This document shows positions 1 to 32,500 of a DNA stretch of 64,000 nt, in pieces; the stretch's first letter is position 1, and each line of letters opens with the position of its first letter. The stretch comes from Phallusia mammillata (lineage: Eukaryota): assembly GCA_965637545.1 (NCBI GenBank), contig OZ281494.1, positions 23,622,001-23,686,000 on the forward strand, given 5' to 3'. Made by a program: the position numbers and the translations under genes. Below the pieces are notes generated by a model that searched no databases, had not been told where the DNA came from, and saw nothing but the letters and a program-made list of their open reading frames with translations.

Positions 1-169
1 CATACGAAACACCATAAATTAACTATATGTTATATTCATAAATTACGAGCCACGTTGTCTGCAATATTTACAAGTTTAGCAAAGCTTACGCATTGTGAAA
101 GTTATTTTGGTTTGTCATAATTGAGGTCACTCGTATCAACAACAAAAGTTTCAGTTGAAAACATCCATA

Positions 170-270
170 AGAATTTTAGGTTCGGCCTGATTCGGCCGAA
201 ATAATTCGGCCTCAAGGCCGAATATTCGGTTTCGGCCCGAACCTTTTTAGGCGGGTTCGGTGCATCACTA
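170..270. mobile_element. One end of an hAT-like DNA transposon/MITE in a dynein intron
   Basis: Ends in ggttcggtgcatcacta (reverse complement TAGTGATGCACCGAACC, an hAT-type terminus) preceded by clustered TTCGGC/GCCGAA subterminal repeats. The other end is not identified in the window. Confidence 0.55.
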
Positions 271-732
271 ATATATTCTGCTGCACTACCAGCTATCAGT
301 GAATCGTTCATATTAGTTAGAAAGTTGTTACATTAGAAAGAATCGTGACTGCACTAGTGTACATGGGTTTTGCATTTTTCGTATAGCATCTTGTGATTTT
401 TTTAGGGCCACGAAATATCAAAATAATTGTAAAGGGTCCACCAGGCAAATTTTTTAGAAAAGTTGGGGAAACGCTGGTTTAAACAGTAGGAACCTGATGG
501 TTTTACTAAACTGTCACCAACTCCTGAAAAAGATTGAAAAAAAAGGTTTTAATTGACTTACAATAAAACGGGCAATTCCATGTCTAACTTTTTGTGAGCT
601 AAACACAGTTAAGTGTTGCTTTTATACTGAAGACAAAAATAAAACAAACAAAAAATGCTTTTGTACTTTAAATTGGATACTACTGTGTTAATATGTTAAC
701 CTTGCTCACAGCATACATTTGTGCATCCACAG

Positions 733-22505
<21,773 letters not shown>

Positions 22506-22766
22506 CTTTGTGACAACATTTATAAAACAAGTGTAACTTTGCGTTGTATTTTTTGTTATTTAAACGGTTTGCCTTCTATTTTGGATGTTAATAAACATAT
22601 TTATTGGCTTCAAGGCCGCTGTGCGGCGTTGTTTGTGCAAAGTTGCATAAACTAAATGTATTGATACAATGAAAAGAAACAATAAAAATACTGACAAAGT
22701 GAATAGTTGCACGACACAATTTGCACAGCCCACGTAAGACGAACTAAAAAAATAACTTGAGCTTGA

Positions 22767-25072
22767 TTAGTGTTTGGCACAGACCCATTTCAAATCTGGA
22801 GGCAATGGCTTAAGTTTTGTGACACTGTTCCAAGAACATTGACATGCGTACGCATTTGAACCTGTAATAACAGAAGATGTACATTGGGTTTATCTCTCGG
22901 GTAAGACTGTTTAAAAGTTCAAACTAATTGCTTCACATCGTGCAAAGTACAAGAATCTAGTGAATGAGCAAACCTTATAGACCAACAATAAATCTGAAGA
23001 TCATTTTTAAGCTGTTAGATATGTAACATATTAAGCTTTTCCTTTAAGAAAACAACCCACGCTGGAATTGCCTAGCTGACAGTTTTCAATATGATATTAT
23101 ATACAAAAAGTACCACGATCCGATACTGGGTTACGACACATGCAAATGTATTTTTGCTAAAAATTCTTGCCATGCAAATTGTATCAGTGCCATAAAACAA
23201 AATTTTAACAAAAAATTGTCCATTCTTTTATAGTAAGTTTCTTGCACCAACATTCAAGCATGTAGGGTGTTTTGCTTGTAGCCACTTTAAGATTTTGTTT
23301 TGCAGCTTTTCTTCCAATACTGTGTTTAACGGCCATTTGCAAAGCAATGCAACAGCCAAAATTCGATCTATGGTAAGCTCAGTTTAAGCGCAATAACTTA
23401 AACCAATGCGGAGTAGGCTTTTTACTTTTTAGCCTCGTCGTAACAAATTGCGGTAGAAATTTGTGGTAGAAACGACAGGCTAAAGCACATTTTACTTGTA
23501 CATAAAAGGTATTGACACTTGGTACTACACCGCCCAAGTATTTGGATGAGTACAGATACCGCACATGGCATCGGGCACCGATACGGTATTATCGAGCCAA
23601 CCCTATTCACTAAGTCTGGGTAGCTCAATTAGCGCGTCCCGGTAAGACTCGAGTAGTGGGTTTCAATCCCAACAGGCCGTGCGTACTAAAATTTATATTT
23701 AAGTGTGGTATGGTTGCTCACCGTTGCTTGTCCGCACGAACGCTTTAGGATTGACCCCGGTTATAGATTTATGTTTATCTTGTAGACATACTACTTAGTT
23801 ATAGTGAAACAACTTGCTTTCTTTTTTCTGAAGTTTCTTCACAACTTTAGAGAATTCGGGCATGTTATTGCGGAGGAACAGATAATCGATATCATGCTTC
23901 CACTGGTAGCCAGGAAAACGCTGCACTTTAAAATCACAACTTGTACAACGCAGACGGTCACAACATCTGTGGGTAAAAGAGTCTGTTGCATTTAACAGTA
24001 ATTATACTTAACAGCCCAAGTGACTGTTACAATAAGCAAAGAAGGTATTCAACCTATGTCAACATGATTATTTTTTCCACTTCAGAAAAAATCATTAGTT
24101 TATTTGCAGTCTCATAATGCAAATAAATAACTTATGTGACCATGCCAAACATGATAACTGCTGCATATTTGGTTTAACAAACAGTAACACTCAATCCCAG
24201 TAATTTACAGCGGTGGCCATACAAATATGTCTCAACTAAAAGATGCGTGTATGCAATTTCATTACTTTTAAAAGCCACTGATTACTACTCAACAAGTGAA
24301 GATGATGCAAAGTTTACCTTTTATTGGTCAAAGAACAAATTCCAACTTGATCTTGTGGCCCACCCAAGCATATTGAAGAACACCTGAAACATTTCAAGGA
24401 TATTACATCACAAGTAGCAGCTTTGACAGCTTGCTTTATGTAAACATACCTTGCTTTAGATTTTGTTGTTATAGTTCCACGCTCACCCTGCAAATAGCTC
24501 GACAGGTCACATGGGCAGAATGTATGATTAAAACTCACAAATTAACTGAAACACTAGCCTCTGCCATGTTATCATTGCACATACATTATTGCCGAATTGG
24601 AAGGCTGTCTACTCACTATTATTTGACATTTGCTTGTGTTTTTGTTAAAACTTTTTGTAGCCTGGAAGTTTTAGCAGACAAATGAATGGGTCCACACTTG
24701 TGATTGGCAGGCAGTCCAGCATAGTAATACTTGACAGAAATTTATGCAATTAAGCAGATTTGCCTGCAATGCCTTATTGTGACAAATTTTAGGATTATGA
24801 AGTATATGTATACATTACCAACCTTTGCACCAATAACTTCACGGGTCTGAACTTCAGCTGTTTCATTCAAAATGATGTCAATGTCATCTTCTAAAACTTG
24901 TGATCTTTATAGGACATAAAAATACATTTTAATGTCAAAATTTTACTCTTTCACTACCATTACCTTACTTTTGCTTATCTGTTGTTTTTCTTGATTTTGG
25001 AGCAATTTTGTGTCTCTCAGATTGTTGAAAATCACGTTCAACTTCATCTAATAATTCATCTAAATCAGCCAT
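22767..25072 (-). CDS. CFAP418: Cilia- and flagella-associated protein 418 (C8orf37 ortholog), 5 exons, 181 aa
   Basis: Exons 25072-24969, 24904-24823, 24433-24318, 23966-23818, 22861-22767 splice in frame (546 nt): MADLDELLDEVE...CLGG...RCCDRLRCTSCDFKV...DYLFLRNNMPEF...AYACQCSW...KWVCAKH*, matching C8orf37 motifs. Missed by the ORF track. Confidence 0.92.
23614..23678 (+). mobile_element. Degenerate tRNA-derived SINE head in CFAP418 intron
   Basis: gtagctcaattagcgcgtcccggtaagactcgagtagtgggtttcaatccc shows A/B-box-like segments and shares GTCCCGG(T/A)AAGACTC with the tRNA-like sequence at 40092-40165. Confidence 0.45.
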
Positions 25073-25283
25073 TTGTACAAAACAAAAAATACCCTACATA
25101 AAACAACAATGGGCAGTGACTAGGAGGGTTTTTCAAAACACTGTGGTTTAAATTGTGTGCAGTACACTAATTCAATTTTTTATATTTTGTGACAATTAAT
25201 ACCATTAGTTCATCTTAATCGCATCACTTAACCATTGCAAATTGTTATAAACAAGGTCGGTAAAAGTGGTTGCACACTAAAGT

Positions 25284-26834
25284 TTAGTTATTAAACCTTC
25301 CAAAATATTTTGCCATCATTTCTTTTTGTTTATATTTTGGAACAAATTGAGGTGGTGGTTGATGATGTTCCTTTAGGTGTGCACCCATTTTAAAGCGTGC
25401 TATAGTATCAGGATCATGAGCTATAAGATTTTCTGCATAAGCTGTAAGGCCAGAGTGAAATCGTACAGGAATGTTTTTTAATGCTTCTATCCAATCACCA
25501 TTGGTTCGCTTTAGTGTAAACAAAATTTGCATGATGGTACAAATGGTCAAAGACCTTCTTCCAGTAACACCACCCCAGTTTAAATATTTTTGCAAAGGCA
25601 ATTTCTGTTGAACAATGCCCTCAGCCTCCGCAAGGTTTTTTGTAAGGTTTGGCTGTTCTGGTTGGTCCACCATTAGTCCAACAATGTAGATTTTATCCCT
25701 TTGAAACTCTTCCATAACATGCGGGGCATCTGGGGACAGATAGATTAGATCTTCCCGTGGTAAAAGTTCATCCATTTCCAGATATGGTTTGTTTGTAATT
25801 GTAGCACACATGTCAAGGTCGGGTACATTTTCTTGCATGTAATGAATTACAGGATGCTTGTCAGCAACATTGCAAAACACTAAATGAAATGGGTCTGAAA
25901 CAACTTTATTTTCACTATAAGCACGTAGTACCTGTGACTTGGCTTTACCTGGTCTGGTATTATATTTTATACCGAACCGACAGTCAATAATGAGTGGCTG
26001 TCCAAACTTTTTTGCAGTCCATAAATTGTGCCTGGCAATTTTGTTTATCAAAGGTGTATTTATTTGCCTCAGAATTCGCCATGGCAAGTTGGATATTTGA
26101 GAATTTTCAAAGCCAGGTGATGAATTATCAGTTTCTGTTCCACTGTCTGTGGAAACTGTTTTTTCCACACGTTCATTTATTTGTTTATTGTTCATTAAAA
26201 CTTTTTTACTTTTCCATTTCTGCCGATTTCTATTTGCACCCTTTTCCAAAATATAGTCTGTAAATTTATTACCAATGTTTCCATTCAGCTGGACTTCTTG
26301 TGCAAACACCTTTAAGATTTCTTCTTTACTGTGTAAACGATTATGTTCTTGTACACCAGGTAACTCCTGCATCAAACTCTTATTGTAAACTTCCTCCAAT
26401 TTAAAGTGGCTATATGTCATCGCAAATCTGTCAGGATTATAAAGTTCTTCACTTAAGGTTTTTTCTCCTTGCAATGCAAAAATATTGGCAATTGATGAGG
26501 AGCTAAATTTGACAATATTATTGCTTTTAACCAGATTGGCTGGTATCCCTGCTCTGGGTTTATTGGTTGTAATTTTGTTTATAAATTGCTGTGTTTTGAG
26601 CTCCTCTGGCGACAACACTTTTTGTGCCATATCCAGAAGTACATCAGCATCGTCTAGTCCAGAAACGTCGGGTGCATCATCTTTTTTTCTCCTGTTGATG
26701 CTGGCAAATTCAAAAATGTCATCACTATTGCCTTGGTTGCCTTTAGATGTAACAGCAGCAGAAGTGTGTACAGTACACAAATGTAATTTGTACCTCGATA
26801 GGGTCAAATTTATTCGTAAACATTTCAAAAGCAT
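25284..26834 (-). CDS. TRMT10C: Mitochondrial tRNA m1R9 methyltransferase / RNase P protein 1 (Trm10 family), single coding exon, 516 aa
   Basis: Uninterrupted ORF with a basic presequence-like N-terminus and Trm10 SPOUT motifs PLIIDC, LIYLSPDA, KIYIVGLMVD, KLPLQKYLNW, LTICTIMQIL. Confidence 0.88.
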   Translation of the reverse strand: MLLKCLRINLTLSRYKLHLCTVHTSAAVTSKGNQGNSDDIFEFASINRRKKDDAPDVSGLDDADVLLDMAQKVLSPEELKTQQFINKITTNKPRAGIPANLVKSNNIVKFSSSSIANIFALQGEKTLSEELYNPDRFAMTYSHFKLEEVYNKSLMQELPGVQEHNRLHSKEEILKVFAQEVQLNGNIGNKFTDYILEKGANRNRQKWKSKKVLMNNKQINERVEKTVSTDSGTETDNSSPGFENSQISNLPWRILRQINTPLINKIARHNLWTAKKFGQPLIIDCRFGIKYNTRPGKAKSQVLRAYSENKVVSDPFHLVFCNVADKHPVIHYMQENVPDLDMCATITNKPYLEMDELLPREDLIYLSPDAPHVMEEFQRDKIYIVGLMVDQPEQPNLTKNLAEAEGIVQQKLPLQKYLNWGGVTGRRSLTICTIMQILFTLKRTNGDWIEALKNIPVRFHSGLTAYAENLIAHDPDTIARFKMGAHLKEHHQPPPQFVPKYKQKEMMAKYFGRFNN

Positions 26835-28208
26835 TATACCTTCTACTTTTTACTACAGATGTTAGCAAGCAAAAAATACATGTTGTTGCTGTTTTTCAAG
26901 TTTTGTAACTCAATGCATATTAATCATCTGTCATTATTTCCATATTTTAAAAATGGTTTAATCTTAGCCTTATCTATGTACATGACTATACTTCACCACT
27001 AAAAACACTGCAACTTTAACAAACATGTGCATCTTGGACCTCGTCGAGAAATCTCGAAAAAAATCGAGTCTCGAACTCTCGAGTCTCGAGAAATAAATAA
27101 AAGTTTCTCGAGAAAAACTACGTCACGAATCATAAACAAAACGTAAATTCGGCACCTCTCATTAGGTGCATTTTTCGTTTCAACTCGACCCTAAAACGCA
27201 CCCGGTACATTACTTTCTTATTTTGCTCCCGAACCAGCGATTTTTAACGTGCGTTACCACTAAACTTTCACCTTTTCCAGGGGACCAGAGTGAAGCTAGA
27301 CAGCAATCGCTATTGCGCTAAAACTAAAAAAGATACGATACTGAAATTTTGACACAATATTCTGCGCTTTTAAAGCGTTTCAGAGCACAAACTTTAAAAA
27401 AAAAAATTTTTCAGTTTGTAGCGGCCTCTCTCACTACCGTTATATCGTGTGCCTTCATACTACAGCGAACCGGACAGATTGCCTTCTTTCTCTGACTCTC
27501 GTCTTATGCGGCGTATTCGCTCATTGTCTTATTCTATTACGATTTTTTTTTTTTTTTTTTATTGCGATAACTAAGACACGAAGAAAGACAGATACATGAA
27601 AGTACAACAGAACAAACAGACAAACGCTAAGTATTTAACGGCATTCAGAGGCCAGACCACTTTACTAAGCACTCTGCACGTTTTTTTCTTTTAGTAGCAA
27701 TAATTAGTTCGGACTGTTTCGTCATTTTTAATGCGTTAATAAATCTGTTCACAGTAGGTTTGTTTTGTGCATATTTACATTGGTATATTACAAACTGGGC
27801 ACATAGAAATATACAATTTAACAATGGTGTAACAGAACTGTACGAGTGGGTTCCAAATAAACATAACGCTACATTCGGTTTAATATTCAGTAATAGTTTG
27901 CGAGAGATCCAAGAAGTAACATTTTCCCAATATAGGGCGACAACTTTGCAAGTGTAAAACAAATGAAAAATGGTTTCAGGGAAACTTTCACAGAAAACGC
28001 ACTTTTCTGAAGTTACTATGCCAAAATTGTAGCCTATAGTTTATTATTTGTTATTACCGCTCTTAAGTTTAATTTGATTTGAAACGCCCTTAATTTTGTT
28101 TCTAAGGTACAGTTATACGTGTTCCTGTACACCTCCCTCCAGTTGGGCTTTTCTGTACTAATCCCTATGTCGGTTTCCCATTTTTTCTGTTCTTGTGTTG
28201 GCGGTTCT

Positions 28209-28903
28209 TGTGACGTCCAAAATTTTAGGACTAGTCACGGCCTAAGCTCACTTTAGGCAAACCTAGGCTAATGCCTTCGTTGGTACCATCATCAGGTACA
28301 ATGAGTCAGTAATTCACAACTGCCCTCTAGACTGCACAAACTGTGGTTTTCAGTGTTATATTATGGCGATGAAGGTGCAAGAACAGTGCACGAATGACAA
28401 CAAATACAGTTCGTATCCAAGATCCAAAACAGCTGAATTGCGCCACAGTGGATGTCAAGACTATACAGAATAGAGGAAATTGAGACAGTTAAGCACTTGA
28501 GCAGTTGAGATTTCTGAAGTTCACAGTACCTAGGTGTTTGACATTATGGTGTTGGCTTTATCGTCTAAACATTCAAACAACAATAACAAACGAAAAGTTA
28601 CTAGAAACACTTCACATGGCTATACATTAACATACTTGTAAACTTGCTGACATTTGGTTAACACACAAACATTTAAACTAAGTCGATTCTAACAGATTAC
28701 TGCACTAAAACATACAAACTGCACTTTTAGAACAAGGTGTGGCTAAGTCCAAGCACGTTTTAGTCACATGACCGCATATAAAAGTTAGGATTGGCCCAAA
28801 ACTAACAAAGAACAATGCACTTGGGAATAGACGTTAAGCATGGTTGCACTTGGGAAAGAAAGCATAAAAATCACATTTAAATATTGTGAATTTGTCCGTA
28901 ACA
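28209..28903 (-). repeat. BEL 3' LTR
   Basis: 695 bp; no differences from the other LTR seen by eye. Confidence 0.95.
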
Positions 28904-29502
28904 TTCCGGCCCCAAAAATGTCAGACAGCATGGAAACATTTTTCAAAACAAAAACGGACAAAGAACAAGGCACAGGAAGGTTGGTCACAGAGAGAGCTGT
29001 GATTACAAATTTGGTAACTGACCCAAACCAAAGTACCCACACAAACATTTCCATCCTGGGCTTAAAAACAAAACAAAGACACAACTATGACTGAGTGAAT
29101 ATGTTACATACTGACAAGAATAGTATCAAATGCACAGTTTCAAATGCTTCACAATTAACTACAAATTTTGCACCAAATATTGTTCTAGGAGGTAAAAAAC
29201 AATGACAGATTTTGGCAAGGTAAAAAACACAGAAAGGCTTAGAAAACAAAACACTTTCACAATACTTGGTTGTTATCAGTACAGACATTACAATGTTTAG
29301 TTGAAGAGGTATTCGGAATGTTTACAATTTATGAAGAACACACTACACAACACTAACATGCATGATAAGGCTATAAGGCAAGATGAAAGACATATAGGTA
29401 GTACAGACTTAGCAAGAATGACATGTGAAGAGGCATATATGTTGGTGTAATGAAGAATGAAAAGGTTACAAATATGAAAGAGCATGCACAGAAAGTAGAA
29501 AT

Positions 29503-32500
29503 TTAGCCACATTCAAGTAAACACAGCTTTCGAATGTCCCTCATCAAAGTTGAGTCATAAGTTCTGACTCGAACTCTCCGCACCATCCCGTCATGATCTG
29601 GAAAGACCTCCTCGACCAGTCCTTTGGGCCATACTCCTCGTTTTGTATTGGCATCCATTACCAACACAACATCTCCAACTTCAAAGTTCTTCTCAGGTTG
29701 CAACCACTTCTGGCGTTTTTGCAGAAGTGGCAAATAGTCCTTCACCCAGCGCTTCCAAAACTGGTCGCTCAACCATTGGACTGCCCGCCAGGATTTCTTG
29801 TAGCCATCTGCTTTGATGAATTCTCCAGGTGGCAATGTAGCTTCAATTCCACCAGCTAACAAAGTAATGGGCTTCAAAGCAGACCCATCCTTTGGATCAT
29901 CACTGACAGGTGTCAGTGGTCTGTTGTTTAAGATCGATTCCACTTCTATCAGGAAGGTGTTCAAAGATTCCTCAGACAATATCTTGTCTCCAGTCAGTGA
30001 CTGCAAAATTTTTCGCACAGAGCGAATCATTCTCTCCCATACACCACCTTGGTGGCTGGCAGCTGGGGGATTGAAATGCCATTCAATTCCTTTTTGTAGT
30101 AGCTCTGTATGTATCTGTTGTTGATTCCATGCTTTAATCCCTTCGCGGAGTGCTCTGTCAGCTCCAATGAAGTTGGTTCCATTGTCACTATATATGTGTT
30201 TAGTGGTAGATCCTCTTCTCAGCACAAATCTACGAAGTGCCTGTATGAATGAACTAGTGTCCAGTGAGCCAGCTAGCTCTAAATGTACAGCCCTTGTAGC
30301 CATACAAGTAAAAATGCAGCCATATCGTTTCACATGACTGCGTCCAATTTTTACCATTAGAGGGCCAAAGTAGTCAACCCCTGCATGAGTAAAGGGTAAC
30401 TGTCCAGACTCAACACGACAAACCGGCAAGGGTGCCATCAACTGCCTACCAGCTTGTGCTTTCCAAAAACGACATTTTCTGCAGTCCTTCAAGTAGTGAC
30501 GAACAGATGATTGGCCTTTGAGAATCCAGTACCTCTCACGGGTGGCTGCTAGAACGTGTTGAGTTCCACTATGTCCTTCTCGCTGATGGTAATGATGTAT
30601 AATCAGCCCAGTAACATGGTGACGACTAGGCAAGATCATAGGGTGCTTCATGTCCTCCGGCAGAGTTGCATGTTGTAGGCGACCTCCCACTCTCATAGTG
30701 CCATTTATTTTCATAGGGCTAAGTCTACCAAGAGCCCGGTTTCGAATATGTAATCCATTCGAATGCTGAGATTCCAAGTAGTGGGAAAAGCTCTGGTATT
30801 CCTTAAGATCCGATGACATAGATCCGAATGCTTGATGCTGAACCAGCTTCACCACTTGATGGACAGCTGTTTCCATTTCCTCTGCCGTCAGCAGACCTGC
30901 CTTGGGTGCAGGTTTGCGTAATTTCTCTGAAAACTTACACATCATGTACTGCTTGAACCGCAACAACCAACCAGTGGCCTTGAGTAAAGCATTGTATGAA
31001 GAGTATCTGTCTAGCAAGTTGTCCAAACCATTTTGCACAATTTCTACTACAATTGTGTTGGCTTCAACATCTTCATGGTCTTCTGGCAATTGTAACACAG
31101 CTGGCTGTTCTGGCCAGCAACTTTCTTCTTTCCACAAAAATGATGGACCGGATAACCATGCCTTTGCCTTGTCCACCTGGTCAGGATAAAAACCCCTAGA
31201 TGCAATGTCTGCAGGATTTTGCTTTGTATCCACATGTCTCCACTGTTCTGGTTCTGTGGCTGCTTGAATCACAGCCAGCCTATTGGCAACAAACGTCGGA
31301 AAGCGGCGTGATGTATTTCTGATGTACTGAAGCACAGAAGTGGAGTCTGTCCAGTACACAACCTTTTCCAACTCAAGATCCAACTCACGAATCACAAACT
31401 GCGCTAGTTTAACACCAACCACTGCAGCAGTGAGTTCAAGCCGGGGAATGGTAACTGCCTTTGAAGGGGAAACTCTGGACTTTCCCATCACAAATGAGCA
31501 GTGGTAGGAACCACCAGTTACCAGGCGAAGGTAGCAAACAGCTCCATAACCAGTTTCGCTTGCATCACAAAAGCAATGGAGCTCAGCACTTATGTAGTCC
31601 ATTGTTTTAAAGCATCTAGGAATAGTAATTGATTCCAGCAGTGATAAATTGCCCAGCCACTTTTTCCAGGCAACCTCAAACTCGGTGGGAATAGCTTCAT
31701 CCCATCCTATGTTTCTTTTGCATAATTCTTGCATAAGCTTTTTGATTGGCAAGATAAAGGGTTGCACAAACCCCATGGGGTCAAACAACTGACTTATTGT
31801 TGACAGAATTCCACGTCTTGTGCAGGGCTTTGGTTTCAACTTCACTTTGACCTCGAAGCAGTCCGTACCAGTGTTCCAGTACACTCCCAAAGCTCTCTCG
31901 ATTGGCAATCCATCCAAGTCCATGTCTTTCACTGATGGAGCAAGGTTATCTTCATTAATAGACATTAACAGTTCTTTGCTGTTACTCAGGTACTTGGTAA
32001 GGTGAAATCCTCCACACTTAAGTAGCTCATCCAGTTCCTTGACTAGCTGGGAACCTTCCTCTAAAGTCTTGACCGACTTCAGGCAATCATCTACATAAAA
32101 ATTCCGCAGGACAGTATCCGTTGTTTCCTTTGTTGCATTGCTCTCATTATCCTCAGCAACCTTTCTCAATGCAAAGCTGGCACAACTTGGAGAAGAAGTT
32201 GCCCCAAAAAGATGCACCAGCATCTGGTAATCCTCAGGTGGCTTGGACAAGTCATCATTTGGCCACCACAAAAACCTCAGAGCATCACAGTCATCTGGGT
32301 CCACAAAAACCTGATGGAACATTCCTTTAATGTCAGCCATCAATGCAATCTTCTCCTGGCGAAAACGAAGAAGAACACCAACAAGGTTGTTGGTCAAATC
32401 AGGTCCTTGTAAGAGATTTTCATTGAGGGATGTGCCTGCATACTTGGCAGCGCAGTCAAACACAACCCGAAACTTTCCACCAGTGCAGCAGTGATGTGGA

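Noticed and set aside
102-311. 69-aa ORF and the TTCGGC repeat cluster as a gene or CRISPR-like array
   Set aside because: The repeats are short, irregularly spaced and end at an hAT-type terminus; they are subterminal repeats, and the ORF is incidental.
28785-29512. Three hydrophobic minus-strand ORFs after BEL pol as an env-like gene
   Set aside because: They are short, discontinuous, partly in the LTR, and their hydrophobicity follows from a T-rich 3' UTR; no signal, fusion or TM organisation.
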